From an uncultured Eubacteriales bacterium (lineage in GTDB: Bacteria > Acidobacteriota > Aminicenantia > Aminicenantales > Aminicenantaceae): 43,393 nucleotides of DNA. Made by a program: the position numbers and the translations under genes. Location of the stretch: contig CAZSGR010000002.1 in assembly GCA_964606185.1 (NCBI GenBank), forward strand, positions 1 to 43,393, written 5' to 3'. The stretch's first letter is position 1, and each line of letters opens with the position of its first letter. Below, piece by piece: positions 26,901 to 34,353 of this stretch. The notes beneath the pieces were generated by a model that searched no databases, was not told the DNA's origin, and saw nothing but the letters and a program-made list of their open reading frames with translations.

Positions 26901-27065
26901 CGCCTTCCGTTCTGGGGCTGCTACACGCTGGATGGGAAGGACCTGGAGACCAGCGGGGGTGTGAAACCGGATATTTTTGTCATCAATGACCTGAACCATG
27001 ACCTCCAGAATCAGGATCCACAGCTGGATAAAGCCATCGAGAAGGCGTTAGAGTTGATAAAATAG
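23907..27065 (+). CDS. tricorn protease homolog (beta-propellers + PDZ + S41 peptidase) with signal peptide
   Basis: 1052 aa. RYPAISPDGRQIAFSYMGDLWLV is the tricorn-type N-terminus. Many SPDG blades. PDZ-like VGDELVAINGK. S41 core LILDLRFNFGGN and ITLSDGEM. Confidence 0.9.
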   Translation: MKRTSLSLFLGFLAFVMMVTYSGAAEKQLIGARYPAISPDGRQIAFSYMGDLWLVSSQGGKATRLTDHVAYEREPIWSPDGQWLAFTSNRSGNNDVYIMKSQGGIPKQLTFHGSNDTATDFTPDGKWVVFTSSRSSSSSIFKISINGGNALPLLDTYWSWPHKARISPDGKTVLFSLGMENSYVWRRGYRGSNTAKMWTKGISEKMAKAVFGDESNCFWPEWSEDGQRVYFISDRQFNNKNIWSVAPDGSGLKPITTFRQEDVKWLSVAGRAPLAAYEREFGIWITDLNTGDSRSVSIEAPTETKENRFFFVNNASVSQYRISPDGKKIAAVVRGDIFVLSTEGEYARNITNTPWRERDVDWDKESKNLVYVSDVDANPELYMISALGNSNPKRLTKSEEDELSPRFSPDGKWIAYYRGKRQIRLMQPDGKEDRLLIEDDFGGRFAESFSWSPDSRFIAVVPTKNANSDIFAVDVQSGEKFPLTNTAYDESDPHWSSNGKFMLFSSNRFGHSFPEFTGKWDIYQVHLEPKKPDFKEDEFEKLFKTEDKEKKEKPEKKEDEKEKVKVQFNLKDIDRQTETVTNTLGNDNLFILSPKDNETVYFRSNIDGKNHLWKTSLKEKERGEYESFMPQVQYPASLQFDEGGKYLYYLSRGRIGQIDVNSKKNKSISFSTKISVDKIADYEQALGELYYTLQHYYYDSEHHKVDWKGLYEHYRPVLQQVREDQDFYDYANEMIGHLNSSHTGISGPRGIRTEEPSAHVGAVFEFTDKKVTLKRIIKDGPLYDRKGSVAVGDELVAINGKTVEPKKNIWTYFNGMLGKRVTLTFKSQKLKKNIDVSMRPISSGAENRLILEEWIASRREIVKQKTGDNVAYIYMRAMGRGDLNRFLKELERDAVPRKGLILDLRFNFGGNVHDRVLQALTKPVYSKWRVRGLSETSQSTFGVTDKPVVLLINEITLSDGEMTSNGFKALKRGPIIGNTTYGWLIFTTGAGLMNGGYFRLPFWGCYTLDGKDLETSGGVKPDIFVINDLNHDLQNQDPQLDKAIEKALELIK

Positions 27066-27212
27066 TGCAGGCCCAAAAACAGAATTTAGATAACTAGCCT
27101 GGATTATTCACGAGCCGAGGTTGCTGTAGGTGCGAGGCGCTTGGGGTCAGGCTTTATTGGAGCCGAGTGGGTTGAAAAGTATAACAAATAAATCTGTCGA
27201 GGCCAGACTCGA

Positions 27213-27656
27213 TTAAGAGGAGTGGTCGTGGATGATTTTCCAGCCTTCGCTCCTCCGCTGGAAGATTATCGTGAACAGGCCTTCTTTTAAAGAATCTTCG
27301 AAAGCGAGTTTATATCTTCCCAGGACATAGGCATAGTCATTCGAGAGAACTTTTATTTCAATATCAATAAAATCCAGTTCTCCCCAATTTTCGCCTGTGT
27401 AATTCTTCTTATACCTGGAATATAGAGCTTCCCAACCGTGAAGCCGGTTGTTTCCGGATTGAAAAGTAAAGTCTTCTGACTTCCAGTAATCTTTCATGAA
27501 GCCTTCAACGCTTTTTTCGTTCCATGAGGCCTTTTGCCTGTCGAGAATAGTTCGAATCTCTCCTTTTATTTTTGGAATATCTGGCGCAGATTTTGAGCAG
27601 TAGAATAACGGCATCAGCAATAGAGCTGTATAGGATAAAAGTATAAATTTTTTCAC
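27213..27656 (-). CDS. NTF2-like (DUF4440/SnoaL-like) lipoprotein
   Basis: GTG start after AAGGAG. Lipobox-like LFYC. W..K...GF...Y......F......L.GW..L...Y and GWKIIHDHSS fit the DUF4440 pattern. Confidence 0.7.
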   Translation of the reverse strand: MKKFILLSYTALLLMPLFYCSKSAPDIPKIKGEIRTILDRQKASWNEKSVEGFMKDYWKSEDFTFQSGNNRLHGWEALYSRYKKNYTGENWGELDFIDIEIKVLSNDYAYVLGRYKLAFEDSLKEGLFTIIFQRRSEGWKIIHDHSS

Positions 27657-27694
27657 TTTTTTCTCCTTTGGATATCTGGATTAAAACGGTGAAT

Positions 27695-28354
27695 TCAGAC
27701 AGTAAAGATAAGCATGCTGTCCTTTTTTTTGCTCACGTTCGCATAATGGTCAAAGAAATTGAGCACGTCAGTCAGATTTTTGCCTGCCTCCATTTTTTCG
27801 ATGGCTTTCGCTTCAATTCTCTGGATGTTTTCAGCGGTATCCAGGATTTCTGTCACTTCTTTTTCGTCCATGACGATAACTCCATCATTATCGCCAAAAA
27901 CAATATCTCCCGGTGAGACAGAAACCCCGCCACAGTTGACTTGAATCTGCGTTTTGAAGATTTTAGAGGATGTTCCGGCTTGAGGCGTGATGTATCTGGA
28001 AAATACTGGGAAATTGATCTTCCGTATTCCTTCAACATCACGGCATGCGCCGTCCACGACAATCCCTCCAAATTTCTTCTTTTTTGACTCAATGGCGAAC
28101 ATTTCCCCAGCTAAAGCGATTTTCTCTCCTTCACCGTCGATTACGATCACTTCTCCCTCCTGTGCGTCGTGCAGCGCTTTGATGACTGAGAGAAAATCAG
28201 CTTGGCAGTGAACGGTGTGCGCTCTCCCGATCATTTTAACACCCCTGGTAATCGGGCGGATATCCGGGTCCATGATTCGCAGTTTTTTCCCACAATCGCA
28301 GAGACAAGCCGTATCCAATTTTTCTAATCTGTCCCTTATAGTTTTAAGATCCAT
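27695..28354 (-). CDS. RraA family protein, HMG/CHA-aldolase-like long form
   Basis: ATG 28354 after GGGGAGGG; the track start at 28378 is TTG. GGIVVDGACRD and GDIVFGDNDGV motifs. About 55-aa C-terminal extension, as in the class II aldolase members. Confidence 0.8.
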   Translation of the reverse strand: MDLKTIRDRLEKLDTACLCDCGKKLRIMDPDIRPITRGVKMIGRAHTVHCQADFLSVIKALHDAQEGEVIVIDGEGEKIALAGEMFAIESKKKKFGGIVVDGACRDVEGIRKINFPVFSRYITPQAGTSSKIFKTQIQVNCGGVSVSPGDIVFGDNDGVIVMDEKEVTEILDTAENIQRIEAKAIEKMEAGKNLTDVLNFFDHYANVSKKKDSMLIFTV

Positions 28355-28705
28355 GATGCCCTCCCCAGTTATTATCAATATTTATCATTAATTTTCACTA
28401 TTTTGGAGCTGACTTGATTCTAAAAAGAAATCCTTTCTTCTTCCCTAGAAAAAAACTTCCCATTGAAAAACGATCCGCCTTCTGTATTGCGGGTATAAAT
28501 CATATTTTTTCCCCTGCAATAAAGTCAAGGAATATATCATCACCTAGTCGAGTGGTATGAAGGATTTAATGTGTTCGATTCATAATCTATTTTATATTCT
28601 AATTGATTGTTTTACAATGAGTTGGACAGATTATCCTTCTTCACGAAAAGCTTTTATTTAAAGAAAACAGGCAAAAGTCTATAATAGTGTGGAGATTGGA
28701 TTCAG

Positions 28706-30055
28706 ATGAAACTCCTGAAAATTGGGATTTCCGGTGTCCGTGGAATCGTGGGTGAGACAATTGTCCCGGAACTGGTCATGGATTTTGCCTGTGCATTCGG
28801 CACTTATCTCGATTCGAAAAAGGTTCTGGTCGGCAGGGATACAAGAGTCTCCGGCCCCATGCTCCATGAAGCCTCTCTTGCAGCCTTGGTCTCCACTGGC
28901 TGCAGTGTCCTGGATTTGGGCATTTGTCCAACACCCGTCATTCAGTACATGGTTAAGAATCTTAAAGCCAAGGGAGCCGTGTCGATTACAGCCGGGCACA
29001 ATGATCTGACATGGAACGCGTTGACCTTTATCAATCAAGACGGGACTTATCTGAACATGTTTCAGGGGGAAGAAGTCCTGGATATCTACCATCAGGGAAA
29101 GTTTACTAAAGTGACTGTTGATCATTTGGGGCGGATAGAGCCAATCGATGATTATCTTGATTTCTATTTAAAAAAATTAAAGAAGTTTTTAAATAGCGAA
29201 GCCATAACAAGAGCCAAATTTAAAGCGGTTATTGACCCTTGTAATGGAGCCGGAGCAAAAATAATCGATTCTTTCAGTCAGCAACTGGGATTTGAGCTCA
29301 TACCGGTCAACAATGAGCCGAATGGATACTTTCCGCATGACCCTGAGCCCAGACCCAGAAATGCTCAAGAAGTGGCTTCAGTCATGAAGGTTGTGAATGC
29401 TGATGTGGGATTTCTATTAAACAGCGATGCCAGCCGAGTTTCTTTTGTTGCCGAAAACGGAGAGACTTTATCGGAAGAATTCACTCTTCCTCTGATCGCC
29501 AATTATTATCTAGATAAAGACCCGGGAACAGTCATCACTAACCATTCGTCTTCACGGATGATCGAAGAAGTCGCTCGGAGTAAGAACTGCCAAGTGGTGA
29601 AGGGCAAAGTCGGTCAGTCCTATTCCATCCAATCCTTGATCAACGAGGATGGGGTCCTGGCCGGGGAGGGGAGTGGAGGAATCGCTATCCCTGAATTTCA
29701 GCCTGCTTTCGATGGTTTTTTAACCATGGGCTTGATATTGGAAATCATGGCCGTGAGGAATAAGAAAATTTCGGAATTGATCGAGGAGCTTCCTCGTTAT
29801 CATATAGTCAAAGAGAAGATATACTGCTCCCCTACAAAGATACATTCTGTCGTGAATCAAGCAAAAAAGCTCTATGCCGGACGCTCTATCGATACTTCAG
29901 ATGGCATTAAGATTGAAGACAAAGACGGCTGGGTCCATGTTAGGGCCTCAGCCACAGAGCCGATGATTCGAGTCATTGCTGAGGATAGCTCCAAAGAGAA
30001 AGCCAAAGAAAGGATTGAAGAGGTGCTGAATTTTATTTCAGTGCTGGTCAAATGA
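28706..30055 (+). CDS. alpha-D-phosphohexomutase-family paralog with degenerate active site (predicted non-catalytic)
   Basis: 449 aa, collinear with the next gene. TAGHND in place of TASHNP. NSDASR in place of DxDxDR. Retains GEGSGG and RASATEP. Confidence 0.85.
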   Translation: MKLLKIGISGVRGIVGETIVPELVMDFACAFGTYLDSKKVLVGRDTRVSGPMLHEASLAALVSTGCSVLDLGICPTPVIQYMVKNLKAKGAVSITAGHNDLTWNALTFINQDGTYLNMFQGEEVLDIYHQGKFTKVTVDHLGRIEPIDDYLDFYLKKLKKFLNSEAITRAKFKAVIDPCNGAGAKIIDSFSQQLGFELIPVNNEPNGYFPHDPEPRPRNAQEVASVMKVVNADVGFLLNSDASRVSFVAENGETLSEEFTLPLIANYYLDKDPGTVITNHSSSRMIEEVARSKNCQVVKGKVGQSYSIQSLINEDGVLAGEGSGGIAIPEFQPAFDGFLTMGLILEIMAVRNKKISELIEELPRYHIVKEKIYCSPTKIHSVVNQAKKLYAGRSIDTSDGIKIEDKDGWVHVRASATEPMIRVIAEDSSKEKAKERIEEVLNFISVLVK

Positions 30056-31425
30056 GAAAAGCGACGTCTTTAAGAATTAGTGTTTCAGGGGTCCGTGGAG
30101 TGGTGGGAGAAAGTCTGACTCCTCAACTCGTGTCGAAGTTTGCCCAGGCTTTTGGAACCTACCTGGGGAGAGGAAGCGTCATTGTTGGTCAGGATTCGAG
30201 AATATCGGGAACCATGGTGAAAAAGGCTGTTCTTTCCGGGCTCTTGTCTGTGGGCTGCCAACCTGTCGAGATCGGAATCTGTCCGATTCCTTCTATCCAG
30301 GTTTTGACAAAGCAATCCAAGGCGATTGGAGCCATCGCTGTGACAGCCAGTCATAATCCAAAAGAATGGAACGGTCTGAAGTTTGTCAACAAAGAAGGGC
30401 TCTTTTTAAACTATCATCAGGTGGATGAATTTCTGGATATCTATCATCAGGGAGAGTTTTCACTGGTGGAAGTGGATAAATATAAAACCCCCGAATTCAA
30501 AGAAGATCCCACTGAGCCTCACATGAAGAAGCTGATGTCATATTTCAATGTGGGTCTGATCAGTCAAAAGAAGTATAAAGTGGCGATCGACTGCACCAAC
30601 GGAGCCGGAGCTGTGCTGGCTCCTCGTTATTTAGAAGAGCTGGGTTGCGAACTTGCCTTGCTCAACTGCGTGCCTGACGGCTCATTCGCGCATCACCCCG
30701 AGCCTCTTCCGGAAAACATAGCCGGCCTCTGTCGGACAGTGGTTGAGAAAGGAGCGGATGTGGGTTTTGTCCAGGATGCTGACGCGGACAGGCTAGCCGT
30801 TGTCAACGAGAAAGGAGAGCCGCTCGGAGAGGAGTTGACTTTGGCCCTCGCTTCAAAGTATATCTTAAGTCAGAATCCCGGTCCGGTCGTCATCAATCTT
30901 TCCACTTCCCGGGCCATCGATGATATCGCTGAAGAGTTTAACGTTCCAGTCATCCGCACAAAAATCGGTGAGATAAACGTGGTGGAGCAAATCCTCTCGC
31001 AGGAGGAAAAGCCAGCTATCGGAGGCGAAGGAAACGGAGGAGTGATCCTTCAGGATATTCATCCATGTCGAGACAGCTTTACAGCCATGGGCTTGATTTT
31101 AGAGTATATGGCCAAGTCAGGGAAAACGATTTCAGAGCTTCAGGAGGGTATTCCTCGTTACCATATGATCAAGGAGAAAATCCAGGGAACGCAGGAGAAA
31201 GCCTACAGGATGATCAGGCAGTTGAGGAAGAAATACTCGGACAAAGGAGAAGTCTCTCTTTTGGACGGATTGAAAATTTCGTTCAAAGACTACTGGGTCC
31301 ATATCAGGCCTTCAAACACAGAGCCGATAATCAGGTTGATTATCGAAGCCAAAAGCAGAGATACAGCAGAGAAGATGGTCGAATTTTGGAGAAAAGAGAT
31401 GTCGGAGATTGTGAAATGGAAGTGA
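30052..31425 (+). CDS. phosphomannomutase / phosphoglucomutase / phosphoglucosamine mutase family enzyme (canonical)
   Basis: ATGA overlap with the upstream paralog. TASHNP, DADADR, GEGNGG and RPSNTEP are all present. Confidence 0.85.
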   Translation: MRKATSLRISVSGVRGVVGESLTPQLVSKFAQAFGTYLGRGSVIVGQDSRISGTMVKKAVLSGLLSVGCQPVEIGICPIPSIQVLTKQSKAIGAIAVTASHNPKEWNGLKFVNKEGLFLNYHQVDEFLDIYHQGEFSLVEVDKYKTPEFKEDPTEPHMKKLMSYFNVGLISQKKYKVAIDCTNGAGAVLAPRYLEELGCELALLNCVPDGSFAHHPEPLPENIAGLCRTVVEKGADVGFVQDADADRLAVVNEKGEPLGEELTLALASKYILSQNPGPVVINLSTSRAIDDIAEEFNVPVIRTKIGEINVVEQILSQEEKPAIGGEGNGGVILQDIHPCRDSFTAMGLILEYMAKSGKTISELQEGIPRYHMIKEKIQGTQEKAYRMIRQLRKKYSDKGEVSLLDGLKISFKDYWVHIRPSNTEPIIRLIIEAKSRDTAEKMVEFWRKEMSEIVKWK

Positions 31426-32204
31426 TCATCACATCCAGTTACGATGAGATATGCGAGAAAGCCGCGCGCATCATCCAGCAGGAATGGCAGAAAAAGAACA
31501 ACCTTGTCCTGGGCCTTGCAACAGGGGAAACACCTTTAGGTGTGTACAAGAAAATCATAGAAATGAATCAGAGAAAGGAGATTGATTTTTCGAGTATAAT
31601 TGCCTTTAGCCTGGATGAGTATCTGGGATTGGAAGAAGAACATCCTCAAAGTTTTGCTTTTTACATGAAGGAGAATTTCTTCAGACATACCAACATCAAG
31701 ATGGAAAACATTTTCCGTCTGGAAGGAAAGCCGCCTGATATCGAAACTCACTGCCAGGAGTATGAAGAAAAGATTAAGAGTTATGGGGGGATCGACATTC
31801 AAATGCTGGGGATTGGCCGGAATGGCCACATCGGATTTAATGAGCCGGGTTCGTCTTTGTCTTCGCGAACTCGAGTGAAAACTCTAGCCGAAGAAACTAT
31901 CAGAGATAATGCCCGTTTCTTTACGGATGAACAAGAAGTTCCGAGATTCTGTTTGACGATGGGCATCGGAACAGTGATGGAAGCCAAGATAATTATTCTT
32001 CTGGCATCTGGAAAAGGTAAAAGTGATGCTATAAAAAGTTGCGTGGAAGGCGCGGTCACGGCTTCAGTTCCGGCTTCAGCACTTCAGCTTCATCCCCGGG
32101 TGAAAATCCTTGTCGACGAGGAAGCTGGTTCTCTACTGACCAACAAAGATTACTTTAGATGGGTTTTCAAGAATAAAGGAAGAGTAAAGGATTACCTGGA
32201 GTAA
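31416..32204 (+). CDS. nagB: glucosamine-6-phosphate deaminase
   Basis: 262 aa from ATG 31416 (10-nt overlap with the mutase). LGLATGETP and LGIGRNGHIGFNEPGS motifs. The track ORF from 31065 is an out-of-context upstream extension. Confidence 0.9.
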   Translation: MEVIITSSYDEICEKAARIIQQEWQKKNNLVLGLATGETPLGVYKKIIEMNQRKEIDFSSIIAFSLDEYLGLEEEHPQSFAFYMKENFFRHTNIKMENIFRLEGKPPDIETHCQEYEEKIKSYGGIDIQMLGIGRNGHIGFNEPGSSLSSRTRVKTLAEETIRDNARFFTDEQEVPRFCLTMGIGTVMEAKIIILLASGKGKSDAIKSCVEGAVTASVPASALQLHPRVKILVDEEAGSLLTNKDYFRWVFKNKGRVKDYLE

Positions 32205-32205
32205 A

Positions 32206-33330
32206 ATGCCAGAGTTCAAGCTCATAAAGAGTTGTGATATCCATACTCCCCTGAGAGTGATAAAAAACGGTTCTATCCTTATTCAAGGGGAAAAAATTGC
32301 AAAAGTCGGTCAGATCGATGACTCAAAAATCCCCCCGGGAACACATATTTTTGATGTTAGACAGAGGCTTGCTGTTCCCGGCTTCATAGATATTCATCTT
32401 CATGGGGGAGGAGGAGTTGATTTTCTGGATTCCTCCCTGGATTCAATCGTCAAGGCTTTAAAGACCCATTTGAAAAACGGGACGACTTCTCTCCTGCCGA
32501 CCATAATGACGACATCCCATAAAAACACCCTGGATACGATCAGAACCTTTATCGATATCAAAAGATCCATTCCGGACATTCCGGATATCATCGGACTGAA
32601 TCTGGAGGGTCCGTATATCTCGATGGAAAAGAGCGGTGCCCATAGAACTCAGTACATCAGGAAGCCCTCCTTGACCGAAGTCCAAGAATACATCAAAGCA
32701 TCTGAGGGAAACATAAAGATCATGACTGTGGCCCCTGAAATCGAAGGGGCGAGTGATACCATCCACTTCTTGAGTCAACAGAATATCATCCCTTCAGCGG
32801 GCCACACGAACGCCAGTTATGAACAAACTCAGCAGGCTGTAAATTTAGGAGTCAGGCTTGCGACTCATTTATTCAATGCGATGAGAGGGGTCGCTCATCG
32901 GGAACCGGGGGCAGCCGGGGCCCTTCTTTTAAATGATGATGTTTATACAGAAGCTGTCGCAGACGGAATCCATCTTCATCCATCAATCCTGGATTTAATC
33001 GCAAGAGTCAAGCCTATCGAGAAAATCATCCTGGTCACTGATGCCTCGAAGTATTATGGAATTAGTCAGGGTGCCTCTTTTACGCGAGATGGGAAGCTCT
33101 TCGGGAGCACGACAGCGCTGAGTTTAGCTCTGAAAAACATGATTCAATTTTCAGGTATGCCGTTTGAGAAAGCACTGAGGATGGTAACAGTCAATCCGGC
33201 TAAGCTATTGAGGGTTGAGAGTCAAAAAGGAATTCTAAAAAGAGGGAGTGATGCGGATATAGTCATCATGGATAAGGAAATGAATCTCAGTGATGTTTTT
33301 TTTAGAGGGAAGAGGTTCACCCCTTCCTGA
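32206..33330 (+). CDS. nagA: N-acetylglucosamine-6-phosphate deacetylase
   Basis: 374 aa. PGFIDIHLHGGGG, NLEGPY, AGHTNA and HLFNAM motifs. Starts 1 nt after the nagB stop. Confidence 0.9.
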   Translation: MPEFKLIKSCDIHTPLRVIKNGSILIQGEKIAKVGQIDDSKIPPGTHIFDVRQRLAVPGFIDIHLHGGGGVDFLDSSLDSIVKALKTHLKNGTTSLLPTIMTTSHKNTLDTIRTFIDIKRSIPDIPDIIGLNLEGPYISMEKSGAHRTQYIRKPSLTEVQEYIKASEGNIKIMTVAPEIEGASDTIHFLSQQNIIPSAGHTNASYEQTQQAVNLGVRLATHLFNAMRGVAHREPGAAGALLLNDDVYTEAVADGIHLHPSILDLIARVKPIEKIILVTDASKYYGISQGASFTRDGKLFGSTTALSLALKNMIQFSGMPFEKALRMVTVNPAKLLRVESQKGILKRGSDADIVIMDKEMNLSDVFFRGKRFTPS

Positions 33331-33485
33331 AATATTCCATCCGCTGTTAAAAATAAAGGAAAGCTGGAAGAATAATTCTGTAAAGAATGCAAAGGAAGCT
33401 TTATTCGCAGAGCCTTGCGTTCCTCTCCTGATTATTACAAGATAGGAAGACGAGCGTGAGACAATTCGTTTGACAGGAGGTAAGA

Positions 33486-33866
33486 ATGGCAGAAATGCAT
33501 TACAAGATTGATAATTATCTTGTCCGGTTATTCGGGAATGATGCCAGAGGTCAGGTGACTCGCATCGCTGACAGGGAGATTTTGCTGTATTCAGACGGAA
33601 AACTAGTCGGGCACGCGACTTTTTCCAAGGAAGGTCATAGTATAGGCGACTCCCATGTTTACCAGGACGTCATTTATTTAAGAGCTCCAGCTTCCCAGTA
33701 TGAGGCAGTGATAGATTTATTGCGGAATGAGAAGCCCGTGTACATTGGATGGTACCCCAAACCGGATGCAAAAGAGGAAGACGACGGAGATGCTTACTTC
33801 GCCACCTCAGGAGAGCCGCCGCTTGAGGCCGAATTTTTTCCAAAGAAAGAGCCCAAAAAAGAATAA
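33486..33866 (+). CDS. hypothetical protein with acidic and lysine-rich tail
   Basis: 126 aa. AGGAGG RBS. No family recognised. Confidence 0.55.
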   Translation: MAEMHYKIDNYLVRLFGNDARGQVTRIADREILLYSDGKLVGHATFSKEGHSIGDSHVYQDVIYLRAPASQYEAVIDLLRNEKPVYIGWYPKPDAKEEDDGDAYFATSGEPPLEAEFFPKKEPKKE

Positions 33867-34045
33867 ATTTCAAAGATTATTATCAATTGAAATCAATGTA
33901 AGGCTATAGTTAACAGACATAGATTTTTTAACAATCTTAATGCAGAATTGCAGCAAGAAGAGAGGGCGGATTTAGCAATTTTTTTCCTAGATTTTGTTTT
34001 TAGTTTTTAAGTAATCTTGAAAACGCGTTTTCACGCCTATGCCAT

Positions 34046-34342
34046 TTATTTTGTTTTGGGTCTGATTAAGAGCAGGCGCCATAGGCCCGCTCCGAAGATG
34101 ATCGAGATCAGTCCGAATAGAATCCCCCCCTTGACTGCAGCGGTCGTCTCGTTTTCTCCGAGATTCGTGCCGATGAAGGCTATGGTGAATCCGAAAATGA
34201 GTGCCCAGAGTCCGAACAGGAGCCACTTCCAGTAGGGCATGGGAATACCGCGGTCTTCCATCCATATCTTCAACCCGATAACGACCAGACAGGCAAAGAT
34301 TCCTTCGATGAACCAGAATAAACCGCTATTGAAAAAGTTCAT
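34046..34342 (-). CDS. rdhB: reductive dehalogenase membrane anchor (RdhB-like)
   Basis: 98 aa, three hydrophobic helices. YWKWLLFGLWAL segment resembles the WYEWLxG motif of RdhB. AAGGAGA RBS. Starts 11 nt after the rdhA stop. Confidence 0.65.
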   Translation of the reverse strand: MNFFNSGLFWFIEGIFACLVVIGLKIWMEDRGIPMPYWKWLLFGLWALIFGFTIAFIGTNLGENETTAAVKGGILFGLISIIFGAGLWRLLLIRPKTK

Positions 34343-34353
34343 GGTTGTTCTCC

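Noticed and set aside
28657-28685. TTTAAA-17-TATAAT promoter candidate for the mutase operon
   Set aside because: The implied transcription start would fall on or after the GGAGA RBS (28691-28695), leaving no leader. The real promoter is probably further upstream in the 327-bp AT-rich region.
31065-31415. N-terminal 117 codons of the 379-aa ORF 31065-32204
   Set aside because: This part overlaps the canonical mutase in another frame. NagB homology begins at MEVIITSSYDE (ATG 31416), giving a normal 262-aa NagB.
34018-34033. Perfect 16-nt palindrome TGAAAACGCGTTTTCA between the convergent rdhB and the 126-aa gene, as a possible bidirectional terminator
   Set aside because: The stem is AT-rich with no loop. 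The T-run is on the plus-strand side only, about 150 nt from the plus-strand stop. This is too weak to call.
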